Source: Podarcis bocagei (Eukaryota). Taken from it: 64,000 bases of DNA. The notes under the pieces were generated by a model. It saw only the letters and a list, made by a program, of their open reading frames with translations, ran no database searches and was not told where the DNA came from. The stretch lies in assembly GCA_964188305.1 (NCBI GenBank), contig OZ076886.1. One strand, written 5' to 3'. This document shows, in pieces, positions 25,901 through 38,240 of this stretch (positions are counted from its first letter, which is position 1; each line of letters starts with the position of its first letter). A program made the translations under genes and the position numbers.

Positions 25901-27627
25901 TTGGTTTTAATCTAGAAGGGATGTAAAGAACAGACATATTTTCAGTTGTGTTCAAATACTCAATCTGAGATATTGGGGGGGGGGGCGTATTTTCCTTTGC
26001 TGCTCTTATCACAAGCAAACTCCAGGAAGATCTTGCTGTAAGTCTAAAGCACAACCAGTTTGGGCATTTTGAATACCAACAGCAAAATAATATTTTAGAG
26101 ATTACAAATCCACCTCAGATTATTAGATTTTACATTTCTGAGCTCATAGTCCACTCTTAATATAGTCCACTTTTAATATAGAATTTTTTACAGTATTAAT
26201 GCTAGTGGAAAATCACATAACACTCCTTGAAAAAGTGGTGCAGGGCCTTTTTCTGCCCTAGGTTGTGCCAAGTTTTGAGCGAGTGCCCAGTAACATTTAA
26301 GCAGACCGATTCCAAGTTTGGCAGCATTTGTTTCAAACTGATGTTCTTCTCTAGTGGTTCTGTTACATAAGCATTGCAAGTGAAGAGGATGCTTTTAATG
26401 GAAATTGTAATGAACCTTTTGGATGTTTGGGGTTTGTAGACAGTAGTAATTTCACTCTGTCAATATTTTTAAATCGGTTGACCCTAATGTGCATTGAATA
26501 CGGTTAGCAGAAAAACTCAAGACTACCTTCAGTGTTTGAGTACCCAATTCATCATGTCTATGTAGTAGCAATAATGTTTATTGCAGAGCAAGGAAGTGAA
26601 GGTGGCTACAATCTAATGAATAGCAAAGTGAATTGGTTGCAATCAATGGAGCTTGCAGTTTATGCATGTTTACTCAGAAGGAAGTTTTCCCAAGATATGT
26701 GCATAGGATTGCAGCCTTAAACATCCTTAACTGTGATTGTTGACTTTGATTTCTGGCAAATATATCCTTGTGTTCCTTTCCAAAATTGGTGTACACTGAA
26801 ATTTCTGTTACCTGTATTTGGTTGTCTATTTCCCCAGTCAACTGAATTCACTGTGTGTCTCCCATGTCAGAGTAGCCTTATGAAAGCAACACTCCCTGTT
26901 ATCAAAACTTGTGTTTCCAAACACTGTAGGCTTATCACAGGCTCTATGGATAAGCAAATTCACAATGTATTTCTTTTTACCATCCATGAGTAAATTGAAA
27001 GTGCACAATTCAGTTTTGCAGATATAGATTTGGAGGGCAGATCTGGCCAGCAACTAGCTCTCCCCAAAACAGTTTTGTTTGTTTTTTAAAAAAAGAGATT
27101 TTAAAAAATGGCATTGCTTATCTCGTCTTTTTATCCTGTACCTTTTACTAAACACTTTCTAAATTTTTACAGTCAAATGTGTCCTCTACCAGCAGTAATG
27201 GCTTTGAACTTTGTAATAATACTTAGCTGCAGATTTTTGGGCTGACTAGACATTTAAAAACTTAATTCTACTGTAAGCTCTGTGTATCAATAACAGCAGT
27301 GAGCCTTTAATCATTGTGAAAACTGTTAATGTGGCTTTTTTGTCCCATGCAATTGTATGACTAAAACACTGCAGCTGAAGAGGTAAATAAATACTCGTTA
27401 AAATTTAAGGGCCTTGTTGTCAGTTCAGGTATGTCTCCTAAATGTTAATCTCACTGGAGTTGCACTGATTTATCCCATTTACAGATCTAGCCCTTAAATG
27501 TTGAAGGTATTTGCTATACATTCCCCCCCCCCGTCTTATGTACAAACATTTCCATAAACTTTGTACTTTCCTCTATTTTAGCAAGTTTGTATTATGCACT
27601 TGAAAAGCTTTGTCTCATCTCATGTAA

Positions 27628-27633
27628 AATAAA
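27628..27633 (+). terminator. Candidate distal GAS7 polyadenylation signal (second candidate at 27386-27391)
   Basis: AATAAA preceded by TGTA elements and followed by a GT/T-rich tract (tgctgtgttgctgaactgttattt). Confidence 0.5.
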
Positions 27634-29020
27634 CTGTACAGTCCATTAAATGCTGTGTTGCTGAACTGTTATTTTCACTAATAAGGAGCAGGATTTCTGT
27701 GACCACTTCACACTCGAATTAATCCACATGATTATGTACATGCGTACATCAGTACATAGAAAAGGATTAACATGCATCAGGATGCAAGAAGGCAGTATTT
27801 CAATGAATAGGAACAGGCACACCCTCTTGGACCCTACTGAGTCAATTGCTGTAACGATACCCTTTAACCATCTTCTGTGGTGACACTGCAACACAGCAGA
27901 AAGCAAGGCTATCAGCTCCTTTTTTCTGTTACGCTGACCCAGTGGTGTCACAAAATAAGGTGTTGCAGTCATAGAATCATAGAGTTGCAGAGTTGGAAGG
28001 GATCTAAAGGCAGGGGTGAAGCTAGGCTTTATTTCACTCAGGTCCCCAATATGTCAGTGCAGGAATCACAGCTAAAGAATCCCTGACAAATGGTCATCCA
28101 ACTTTGGTTAAAAAAGACCTCCAAGGAAAGACAGCCTTTGGTCTGAAATCTCTGGCACCTTAAAAAGTGACTGCTGTTTCCTTGCAAAGGCGTCTTTGCT
28201 CATCAAAACTTGACCCTGCCTACAATGCTCCAAGGGAAGGCGCCACCCCAACGTTGAGAACTATTGTACAGAAAACTCAGAAAACAGAAATCCACGGTAA
28301 AGAAAACTTCCTTTTCCTGCCACATAGAAACATGTTTCAGTGTCATTTCGCATTACAGTGTCATCTGCAAAACCCACCTATACTTGATGTACACATTGCC
28401 TAGTATTTCATCTATATTTTGGATATTTTAGTAGTCATTCCATAGACCCACCTGGTTAAGAATGTGTTAGGGTTTCTTCAGGTGGTGGGGGGTGAATAAA
28501 AACTGCTACCAGCCCTGTGAGTAGGTTTTAACTAGCAGCAGTTTCTAGAGCAACCAGGAAGGCAAGGGCTGGCTGAGCAGAGGGTATTCTTGTTCTGCTT
28601 TACCTCAGAAATTCTTAAGGGTAGATTGTTGCCTGAAATATGAGTTGTTACTCATAGAAACAGTGGTATTCACTGGTCGGGTGGAAAGCAAGGAGACCGA
28701 CAGTAAGTGGAACCAGAGCCAATGACCAGTAGAGTCATCATATTCTAGTATTGCCACTGTCTTCCCCCCCTGCTGAGTTTAACAGGGAATGACATTTCTC
28801 GGACTGAGTTGTTTTTGTTTTTGTTATGTATTTTGTGTTTTCATATCCTGTTTTTATGTTGAATCCACAGTGAGACCTGCAGGTATAGGACAGTATACAA
28901 ATTTTAATAATAATAACGATAACAATAAGGCAGCAAATCAGTAAAGAACACAGCAGCTGTGCTTCCGTAGAGTATTATCTTGAAATTAAATGGATTATGA
29001 AGTTGCGGTGAGAAAAGGAT

Positions 29021-29162
29021 NNNNNNNNNNNNNNNNNNNNNNNNNNNNNNNNNNNNNNNNNNNNNNNNNNNNNNNNNNNNNNNNNNNNNNNNNNNNNNNN
29101 NNNNNNNNNNNNNNNNNNNNNNNNNNNNNNNNNNNNNNNNNNNNNNNNNNNNNNNNNNNNNN
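29021..29162. other. Assembly gap (142 N)
   Basis: Run of n. Confidence 1.
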
Positions 29163-32100
29163 TCCGGCTTACAGCCAATTATTCCAAACTGGCAATTCTG
29201 AAGTAAATTCCTTAGAGGTCTCTGCGTTTTGTCAAATATTCTGAACAGAGAGTCTGAAGAAGGAGTCTTCTGCCCTTCAAAAACTGGGAGTAATTGCTCT
29301 TCCGATTATTATATTTGCTGAGGGGATTGGTACCCTGACAGTGAGTTTCTTACCCGGTGGCTTCATTGTCTGTTACAATTCACAGTGTCAGTTGGGGGCC
29401 ATCATGTAGTGACCACGATTCACATTAAATAGTGTTCAACAGCAGGGGACGGAGAACTCATTTTGCAATGGCCAAGACTCATGTGGTGAATTCTAATTGA
29501 GGATATGGCTGGGTAGGAGACATTTACTAGGGGAAGACTGGTCCCTAAGGTGCAGAAAGCCATCCACAGCTTCCTGATAGGATTTGCTATTAAACTGCTC
29601 AGCTAAAAAGGCAGGATGACAAAGAGCAGCTTAATTTGCCACACTGGAACTGGGACGGTTGAAGGTCAGTCACAGATAGTGATTTAGAACTAGACTCCAG
29701 AGTACAGGCCGGCGGGTGGGGTGGGGACAAGTGGGGCACTGGCCCATGGTTCAAACTTTCTGAGGGGCCCAGAGATCCACTGGCCGCTTCTAGGACCCCA
29801 GGCAATTGTACATAGAGCTGCTGCTACATCAACAGAGCAACCAGCAAACATTTGCTACACAGATGTTTCCAGAAGCTTCCAATAACCTGAGGTAGATAAT
29901 TTTAGCAATTGCAATATTGGGTTGCTCTGCTTCTCTTCTGAGTGTTACAAAGGAGAATTCAAAACATGTCTAAAGTATTACTCTTCTGCATTCATGTTCT
30001 CCAGTTTGAATCATCCTCGATATACAGCATTACTAGAAGTAATTGCAAATTCTCTTCTCACCCTCACCAGTACTGAGTAAAACCTTCTTTCATTTACTGT
30101 TGTACACTGGGACAGCTTTTATATTTCTTTAAAAACAGCCCTTTCAGTATGTTTATACCAAAGTTGCAGATTCCTGTGGAATTAGACAACACTTCTTTCT
30201 GTTTGTAATAATTTTACTTTTTCCATGCATGTCATTTAAGGTATGCACTTCTAACTTCAGTTTGGCTATTTGTGCCCTGTTTTCTAACTTTGCAAACCAA
30301 ATGCTCCATCTTCTGAAGATTCAGTATAAATTGTAACTCTGTTTACAGATCCATGACTTGATTTTGGCATTAGAGATAGATTATGCCTCTTACTTTTAAG
30401 GAATTGTTTGTGGAAGGATGCCTAAATTACTCCTTCTAGTATAATTTGTTTACTTGTTTGGCCTTGGTGACCTCATGTTGATTGTAGCAGCCTCATAGCA
30501 ATGATAGACTTGAGGTGCCAAAAGCATCCTAGAGACCATGTCCCAGTCAAAGATAAAATACTATGTCCCTTCAGATGCAGCCACATGGTCCAGGTTGGTT
30601 CATATGAGGAGATCCCTGAGGTTACGTAGAGCGCAAAATGAGGCAATTTTGAATTTTATGTGCTCATTTTTTATCTTTGCAGTCTGAATTAATCGATCTA
30701 GGCAGTAAAAGTCATCAGACTCTGTTGGTATCTGCTTAGAAGATTGTTGATTACTACAATCAATTAGAACTTTTAAAAAAACTGTGAATATAGTTCACAA
30801 AATGTTATCTTGGTTCCTGAGCCATCAATTGGCTCTGGGAAATTGTCAAATCCTGAATTTGTACAAAATTTAGAATTTGTGTGATATTTCAGTTTTATGC
30901 AGGAATTATCTTTTATTTTACAGCACTTTGTTTTGCAAGTGTTTTTACACTTAATGATACAAATAACAATAATAAATAGTTTTCTGAAGTAATATGTTGC
31001 ATGGGAAAGCTTTTACCTTAGGTATCATATTTGGTATCTATGATGGCTTTACCTACATGGATTCAGTTGTTATGTCACTTGGCCTGCCATGGAAGTCCTT
31101 TTTGGTGGTATCCTATGATAGCATGAATGTATGCTCTTGGAAGAGTTACATACATCATAGAAAGGCACCAGAGTTGGGTGGATCTGGGGCTGTAAAATGG
31201 GCTGCATTCCATAAGGCCATGGTACTGTTTCATAAAGGTCATTGTGTGAAGACCTGTATGACACAGTATATGGCACTTCATGCAGTTTCCTATACAGAAG
31301 TCACTTCCATGTGGGAAATTCACCTTTTGTGAAGTCTTGCAGGTGATATGCAAAGCAAATAAAATCAAGGTTGTTTCCCACCCCCCTTCTTTATTATTCT
31401 TGCTCTGAGTAGTAAAGAGCAATTTTAAAGACCTAAAGTGTTCTTGGGGCAGATTGTATCTAGTCCATGAGTCAGAGCAAAGAGGACACTACAATCTTTC
31501 TCACCCTAAAATTCTGACCATACAAAGAATACAAAATGAGGCTGTTATGTGCTGGTTTTGTACCTGTTTCCTTAAAGGATATATCTGCTATGGGATGATA
31601 TAAAGAAAAATGAGTGCACCATTTTATTTTCTTGAAAAACGAATGAGATGGATGGTTGTTTGATTTGGATAGGTGGAGCCCTCGCTCTAACAAGATAAAC
31701 ATCATCAGTCTAGTTCATGGATAAATAAGAGCAGTTTCAAAGATTAAAACTGCTGATTTATACAGTTGCAGTTTTTTCCTACCGTACAGTCTGCAATCAG
31801 TTGAAGTAGCCCAAAATATTATTTTCACCTGGCCTCTTGGATTTGATTATATAAGGTCACTTGATTTCCCAACTCCAACCCCTCCCAATAAACAGGGAAA
31901 GATTACAGACGCATGAGAAAGCAAAAATGCAGAGAGACTCTCTCCAGAGAGTCTAACAGCTTCTGCTAAAGTAGCAGTGTGGAGCTTGTGACCCTCTGCA
32001 GATTGTTGGACTTCAACCCCAGTCCCTATGGAATCAACACAATCATCTATCTAGTACAGCAGGAGCAGGGGATCTGTGCCCCCCCCCCAGTTATTGGACT

Positions 32101-32236
32101 ACAGCTCCCTATAGGCTATAGTGGCTGCAGCTGATGAGAGTTGGAAGATACCCATTTTCTGACACCCATATTACAGCACCTGTTTACCTCTGTGACCAAG
32201 CGGATGCCTCCCTCAGGCCCACAACACACACACACA

Positions 32237-32248
32237 GAGAGAGAGAGA

Positions 32249-32288
<40 letters not shown>
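32237..32288. repeat. (GA)n microsatellite preceded by (CA)n
   Basis: Directly visible. Confidence 0.9.
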
Positions 32289-32291
<3 letters not shown>

Positions 32292-32431
32292 GCCTTCCTC
32301 CCCCAACAACTAGCATTTTATGACATGCCGCAGTGCTGCTGAAGATGGATGGTCCACTTAGCCAGAATGACTGTCAGACATTGATAGCCTCGGTCCCTGT
32401 GAATTTGTCTAATCTCTTTTAAAGCCATCTA

Positions 32432-33013
32432 CCGTATTTTTCGCCCCATAAGACGCACTTTTTCCCCTCCAAAAATGAAGGGGAAATCGGGGTGCGTCTT
32501 ATGGGGCGAATGCCTGCAAGCCTCGCGCGCCCGGCAGGAGGTCCCACCGGGTGCGCGAGGCTTGGGGCGGCAGCGGACTGCTTGCGCGCACCTAGAAGCT
32601 TGGGGCCGGCTGAGCTCAGCCCGCCCCAAGCTTCTAGGTGCGCGCAAGCAGTCCGCTGCCACCCCAAGCCTCGCGCACCCGGTGGGACCTCCTGCCGGGT
32701 GTGCGAGGCTTGGGGCGGCAGCGGACTGCTTGCGTGCACCTAGAAGCTTGGGGCGCGCTGAGCTCAGCACGCCCCAAGCTCCTGGTATAGCACAGCGATC
32801 CGCTAGCCCTGGGAGAGCCCCGCGGCTCTCCCAAGGCTAGCGGACTGCTTGCACGCACGCAGAAGCTTGGGGCGCGCTGAGCTCCGCACGCCCCAAGCTC
32901 CTGGTGTAGCGCAGCGCACCTGGGGGGGTAATAAATTTTTTTCCCTTTATTTCCCCCCCAAAAATCTAGGTGCGTCTTATGGGCCGGTGCGTCTTATGGG
33001 GCGAAAAATACGG
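32432..33013. mobile_element. Tc1/mariner-superfamily (Tc2/Kanga/MER104-like) MITE, 582 bp, GC/CpG-rich palindromic interior
   Basis: Perfect 27-bp TIRs CCGTATTTTTCGCCCCATAAGACGCAC; TA TSD (32430-31, 33014-15); internal copies of the TIR motif; no transposase. Confidence 0.88.
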
Positions 33014-33015
33014 TA

Positions 33016-33670
33016 AGCTGCTTGCCATCCCATCTCATAGCAGTGAACGCCATAGATGAACTTTACATTGTGTACTTCCTTTTGCTTGTCTTGATTTTTT
33101 TGCTAATCAATTTTATTGTGTCAGCTCATTTTACCCATCTTTGAAACTTGTTTGCATTAAATCTTATTTGCCTCCTGCCCCTACATTTACCTAGTTTGGA
33201 AAGTCCCTCTTGGAGCCTTTTGTAGTCTGCTTTGGTTTCCCCCATCCTGAATAATTTGATGTCATCCTTAACTTTCTCCCTGGTTATCACAGACTTGTTT
33301 ATGAGCAAGCTGAATAGCACCAGATAGGGGCAGCTGAGGCAATTGCCTCAGGCGGCAGGATCGCCAGCAGCAGCTGATCCCACATTGATCTTGATTTCCC
33401 CCTTGTTCCTGATGTAAATCTGCAATCACCCCTTCTTCCAAGGAGGGACGCCATTTTGGGTTTTGCCTCAGGTACCAAAAAGTATTGGGCTGGCCCTGCC
33501 AGATGCAGTACTGATAATCAGCTATTGTTTTCTTGCCTTCATTGAGAATTGTCCATCTGCTCCTGCCTTCCATTCTTTAGCCAATTACTAACCCATAAGA
33601 AACCACATACTTTTATTCTATGACTACTAAGCTTACTCAGGAGCCTTGTTGAGGAACATTGTAAAATGCT
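33016..33670 (-). mobile_element. Degenerate CR1 LINE RT fragments (with a probable hAT MITE insert ~33325-33500)
   Basis: DDIKLFR...LQEGLSKLG...RFNA motif (ORF 33126..33320) and a decayed LLSKLSSH segment at 33575-33670. Confidence 0.65.
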
Positions 33671-34264
33671 TGTATCAAAATAATACACTTTCCCTTTATC
33701 CCAGCAATCACATATTCTACATTCTAATCAGACTGGCACGGTTTTGTCATCTTCTGCATCTGCTGTCTACTTTTCAAATAATGATCTCCCTTTCAAAAAA
33801 AATTCCACATGTTTTAATTTATACATTGATTTGACAATTCAGACAGAAAACCCCTCTAATCAGGCCTGTGAGGTCAGTGACCCTGAGTCCAGTTCTCATA
33901 TTATTCCCTTCTATGGATTATGTTTCAATATTCTACAAGATAATAATCTGGTGGTACACCCTGTAGCTGAATAGCTAAACCCTTCTAATGCCATTTTATT
34001 ACATTTCCTAAAGGTGGGCAACTGTCTCACCTCTACCTCCACAGATTCCAAACCCCCACACAAAATACCTCCAAACTCAATGCCTGGAGGCATTTACTTT
34101 TAAAGTCCCTGTTGGTTTTTGTTACGTAAAAGAAAATGGTAAAAGATGTATATAAGAGGCTGTGAAGATTTATATATCAGAAGATTTTATATATCAGAAG
34201 ATTTTATATATATATTTGAGAGAACTATCTTCTAACAAAAATAAGTAACTTGCATCAGCATCCA

Positions 34265-34595
34265 TAATAGAAGAATGGGCAGTAGCCAATATAACACCAA
34301 TTTTTTAAAAGGTTTCCAGGAAATTTAAAGCTCTTAGCTTACATCTGTTTGAGGAAAACTGGTGGAAAGCATGATTCAACATAAAATCATCAAGCATATA
34401 GAAGGAAGTCCTGCTGAAGAAGAATCAAAATGGCCTCTCCAAAGTAAGTCCTGTCTCACAAACCTTTTAAAGTTCTTCAAGACTTTGGTATATTTATACA
34501 AGTGCCTGGTATAAATTGTGCACTTAGACTTTTAAAAAGCTTTTAGTAAAGTTCCTCTCACCAAAGATTCCTTAGTAAGCTTAGGAGTCATGATT
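34265..34595 (+). mobile_element. Degenerate CR1 LINE RT fragment
   Basis: Decayed WxVANITPIFKKG, KSCLTNLL and LDFxKAFxKVP...LSKL.SH motifs. Confidence 0.7.
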
Positions 34596-37141
34596 AGTTT
34601 GAAGAGAGCTAAACCATCGGGCCAGGTTAGTACAACGCCACATCAAGTCATTAGCATGGTTCATCAGCAAAATGAGCAGAGAGGACCAAAGTGGTTGCAA
34701 TCTCTTTTCTGGGAGACTTCACGCTTGCACATTCGTGCTAAACCATGACTTGGCTTAATGTAACATGTGAACCAGACCTAAATCCGTAAGATTGTTTTGA
34801 AGTCATAAACTTTGATACCTGATACAGAACTTGGCATTCAACTTTCATTTTTAAAAAATAAAGTTTCCACTCCTTGGATGTACGGAAAAACTTTCTTGGT
34901 TTCAATGTTTCAATGTTTTCATCTTAACATAAGAATTGATTCCATCTTTACCTATTCTGTCTCTCTCAGGTGATAATTAAAGCACATTGCAACCTTCATG
35001 TCTACACAGAGTAATAAGTAATAGTCCATTGGGTAATATTACTGCCTGCCTATTTGGTGTGTTCTTACAAAAGCTGTGTGCCAGAGGGCTTTGTGTACAA
35101 ACCACTCATTCCCTCCTAGAGTAAAAGGAAAAGTTTTGCTTATTATCTGGGGAGTTGTCTGACCAGCATAATGATATGGAACAGGGACGTGCTGGGCATC
35201 CTCCAACTTCCTTTGTGTAAACATTAATTCAGCACATCAACAGAGCGATGAATCCCAGAGTGCTCAGGCTGGTCTCAGAGGAACTGCTGTTTTCTAGCAT
35301 GTAGGCTGCATAAGTGTAAGTGCAATTATATGGAAAGAAGTTCCATTAATTTCAGTAGGATCTGAGTATAACTTTCCCTGGATTGCATCCAGCAGTGTTT
35401 GCAACTGGGTGGCCATTTTAGGTTCATCTCATTCAGTGACACAGTGTTATTCCCTACCAAGACCTGGTCCTTGTTAGAGACTAGGAAAGAACATTAAAGA
35501 CAGGGAGACAGGTTAAGACAGCTGAAATTTTGTTTTAAAAAGAGCTAACTTTGCAGTATAAAGGGCATGGTCTTTGTGTCAATGGAATCCTACAAAACAT
35601 TTGAAAACACAGAACATCTTAAAAGGAAATAATAGCAACCCTCATACAAGAAATCTGGATACGTACCATAAAATATACTTTGAAAGACGACTGGTCTTAA
35701 AAGAATTGCACAAATGGCCGCAAAAATCCACTGTCAAGAAGCACAGTCTAGAATGAATGGCATTTTACCAAGCCACGTTATCGCTCTCAAGGATATGGAC
35801 AGTATATCAACCAGGTTTCTTGAATGATAGCTTTAGTTGATCTATAACTTGCTTGATAAGGTCCTGGAGTTTTATTTACTTCAGGATTATTATTATCTAC
35901 ATATATATTTTGGGAAATGGCTCATCTCTATAGGTGTGGCCACCTCCTGAGACTCAGCAGGAGGGATTGCAGAGAACGCTTGCCTTTCAAAGTTATGTAT
36001 GGATTTGATCAATGATTTTTAAAAATATACTTGTACACTGCTTAGAAGTCATTGTACACCAAGCAGCACATAAATTAAGAACTAATTACACGTGACAAAA
36101 CCAGCCTTTGGATTTCACAGTGGGTACAATATATAAGGAAGGAAAACAATTCGGCAGCTTCCCATTTTTAAATCTGTGAAAATACATGTAAGATCAACAG
36201 CTTGTGAAATAAAAATGACAACAGGTAACACAGCAGGCCTGGAGCTGTGCGGGTACATAGCTTAGCAGTTGCTTGTGATTTCAAGACAGTGTGAAGCAGC
36301 TTCTGGTGGACCTAGGGTTACCCATATTTTCTCCTCCATGGGGAGAAAAGCAGCTTGGTGGAATTCTGAGGAAAGGCATGGCTGGTGGTAAAAGGAGGAA
36401 GCACACCACCCATTTGGTCCTCCACCTCACTCCCCAGGCTGCTGCTTCTTAAATAAAAATGCTACATTGAAAAAATGTTACATGGATCTGGTTGCAAATT
36501 CTAGCTTGGCCCTTTTCTGCTTGCTTACCTATTCACTTGTTCTCTCATTAACTCATCCTAAATTTGTAAAACACACCATACTGTCTGGCTGTTTGACAAA
36601 TAGATGCATTTGGGTAATGTTGCCCCCGCCTCCCTCCCATTTTTTTCCCCATCTGGTGACTTTGAAGCTTCTCAGATTTTTCATCTCCAGTCATATCAGT
36701 TTTCTCCCTGTTAAGAGGTGGTATAAAGATGTTTAAAATAAATTTGCAAAGTGGAAGTAATAATGACTCCTTTTGCAGGTCTGTTGGTAGGATAATGGAA
36801 GAAAGAACCACAACTTTGTATATTACATGTATTAAAAGATGCATTAGCGGCTGTGCCCTAAAAACAAGTCCGTTCAGCATTTCATAATTTTTACAGCAAA
36901 GCTTAGAAAATGTGCTTATAAATATATACAATCCCACACGTTCCTAAATGTCAATCCTGTTCATTTAGTCATTGTTGGAATTCAGCTTCTTGTTTAACAG
37001 TATCACTTAAGCAATTGTTGTCCTTTCTGAGACGCTGCAAAGCAATCCCATGGGATCAGATTGATGGCTCCAATAGTGGCGGTCAATGTTGGGAAACCTA
37101 AGAGAAACAGCAAGCTCTTTCAAGGTGCTCAGTCTATTCCT

Positions 37142-37147
37142 TTTATT
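37142..37147 (-). terminator. Candidate proximal GLP2R poly(A) signal (another at 35871-35876)
   Basis: AATAAA on - strand (TTTATT on +), ~250 nt past the stop. Confidence 0.3.
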
Positions 37148-37392
37148 CCTGATTTCATATCTGGTTCTTGTAGGATCAAGGAGAAGCCATTTTCATGCAA
37201 TTACCAGGCTTGGCTGACTTTAATTTTGGCGGCGGGGAGTGGGAGAATGACCTGGGAAGAGTCAACCTGGAGGGAAATGCTAAGAAGCTATTTTCATCTT
37301 TTTCTTTCACGGGCTCCCCCCCCCCACCCATACTTCCAGTGGCTCCCACATGGCACACGACGCAAGATCCCTCATTGATCTAATCAGGTATC

Positions 37393-37731
37393 TCAGTTTT
37401 TACTTTTGTTACAAATCGAAATCTCGCTTTCTTCGAAGACTTCTTCGGTCGTCTCCCCCATTGTGACTTCTCCTTCACTGCTGTCTGAGAGGCTTGCTCT
37501 GGGAATATGCTTTAATGCGAAGCTTAGCTCCACTTTGCCGCCTGTCCTCTGCTTTGCCACTTGTGTGCTCTGAGGCTGAGTCACCTCCAGGGAGAAGCAA
37601 TTATTGTTTGAATGCTCTTTCTTGGAACATCTCCCCAGGTGCTTGATGTTCTTTCCGAGAAAGCACGGCATGCAGACAAAGGGGGATGCCAGCAAGAAAT
37701 GGGACCACTTCTTGCGCAGTTCAGCTTTTAC
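37393..37731 (-). CDS. GLP2R: GLP2R terminal coding exon 13 (VKAELRKKWSHFLL...TMGETTEEVFEESEISICNKSKN*)
   Basis: cttttccag acceptor; TGA at 37395-37393; matches ORF 37393..37752. Confidence 0.95.
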   Translation of the reverse strand, partial: VKAELRKKWSHFLLASPFVCMPCFLGKNIKHLGRCSKKEHSNNNCFSLEVTQPQSTQVAKQRTGGKVELSFALKHIPRASLSDSSEGEVTMGETTEEVFEESEISICNKSKN

Positions 37732-38240
37732 CTGGAAAAGGAAGGAAAGCAAACAGAGCAGTTGAGATGGATTGCAGGATGTAATATAGATGCTTCCTTG
37801 GCCCGTCTTAGGGCTTCTGTCCTTTCAGATAAGCCTGGAGCTTCTTAGTTCAGGTATGCTGTGGGTAGGTTACCCTACAGCAAGAGTAGGGAATCTTTGG
37901 GCCTCCAGGTATTACAGAACTCCAACTAGCAACAGCCCAAGCAAGCATGGCCAATGGCCAGGGATGGTGGAAGTTAAAGTTCATTCCCCACACCTACGCA
38001 ACAGGCAGAAGTCCTGACTGCTCGAGTAATTACAAGTAAAATATACTCTGAGACCTGCAGCACAAAGTACAATCTTAGGCCTCTCTGCAGTGTTCAGCAC
38101 AGTACACCTGCTCCTAATGCCCCTTTCAAGAGGTCCTGATCTACTTTACACCTTTCCCCCTTACTGTCCCAATATGTTCGCACAGAACCCTGTGTGCATT
38201 TTACACAGAGAGCAGATTTCTCACTGATGTTATCACAATA

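Larger units (their letters stand above)
18515..27650 (+). other. GAS7: Probable long GAS7 3' UTR
   Basis: No further GAS7 coding exons. U-rich, UTR-like distal segment ~27050-27650 ends in AATAAA at 27386-27391 and 27628-27633. Mammalian GAS7 also has a multi-kb 3' UTR. The end point is inferred. Confidence 0.55.

Noticed and set aside
32419-32858. Five overlapping Ala/Arg/Gly-rich ORFs on both strands
   Set aside because: Artefact of the GC-rich palindromic MITE interior; no transposase or domain similarity.
32517-32900. CRISPR-like repeat array
   Set aside because: Eukaryotic context, inverted and nested modules without unique spacers, and enclosed by MITE TIRs.
34164-34212. Three tandem ~17-bp copies of GAAGATTTTATATATCA (and two ~17-bp copies at ~26147-26180)
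   Set aside because: Ordinary slippage duplications with no evident function.
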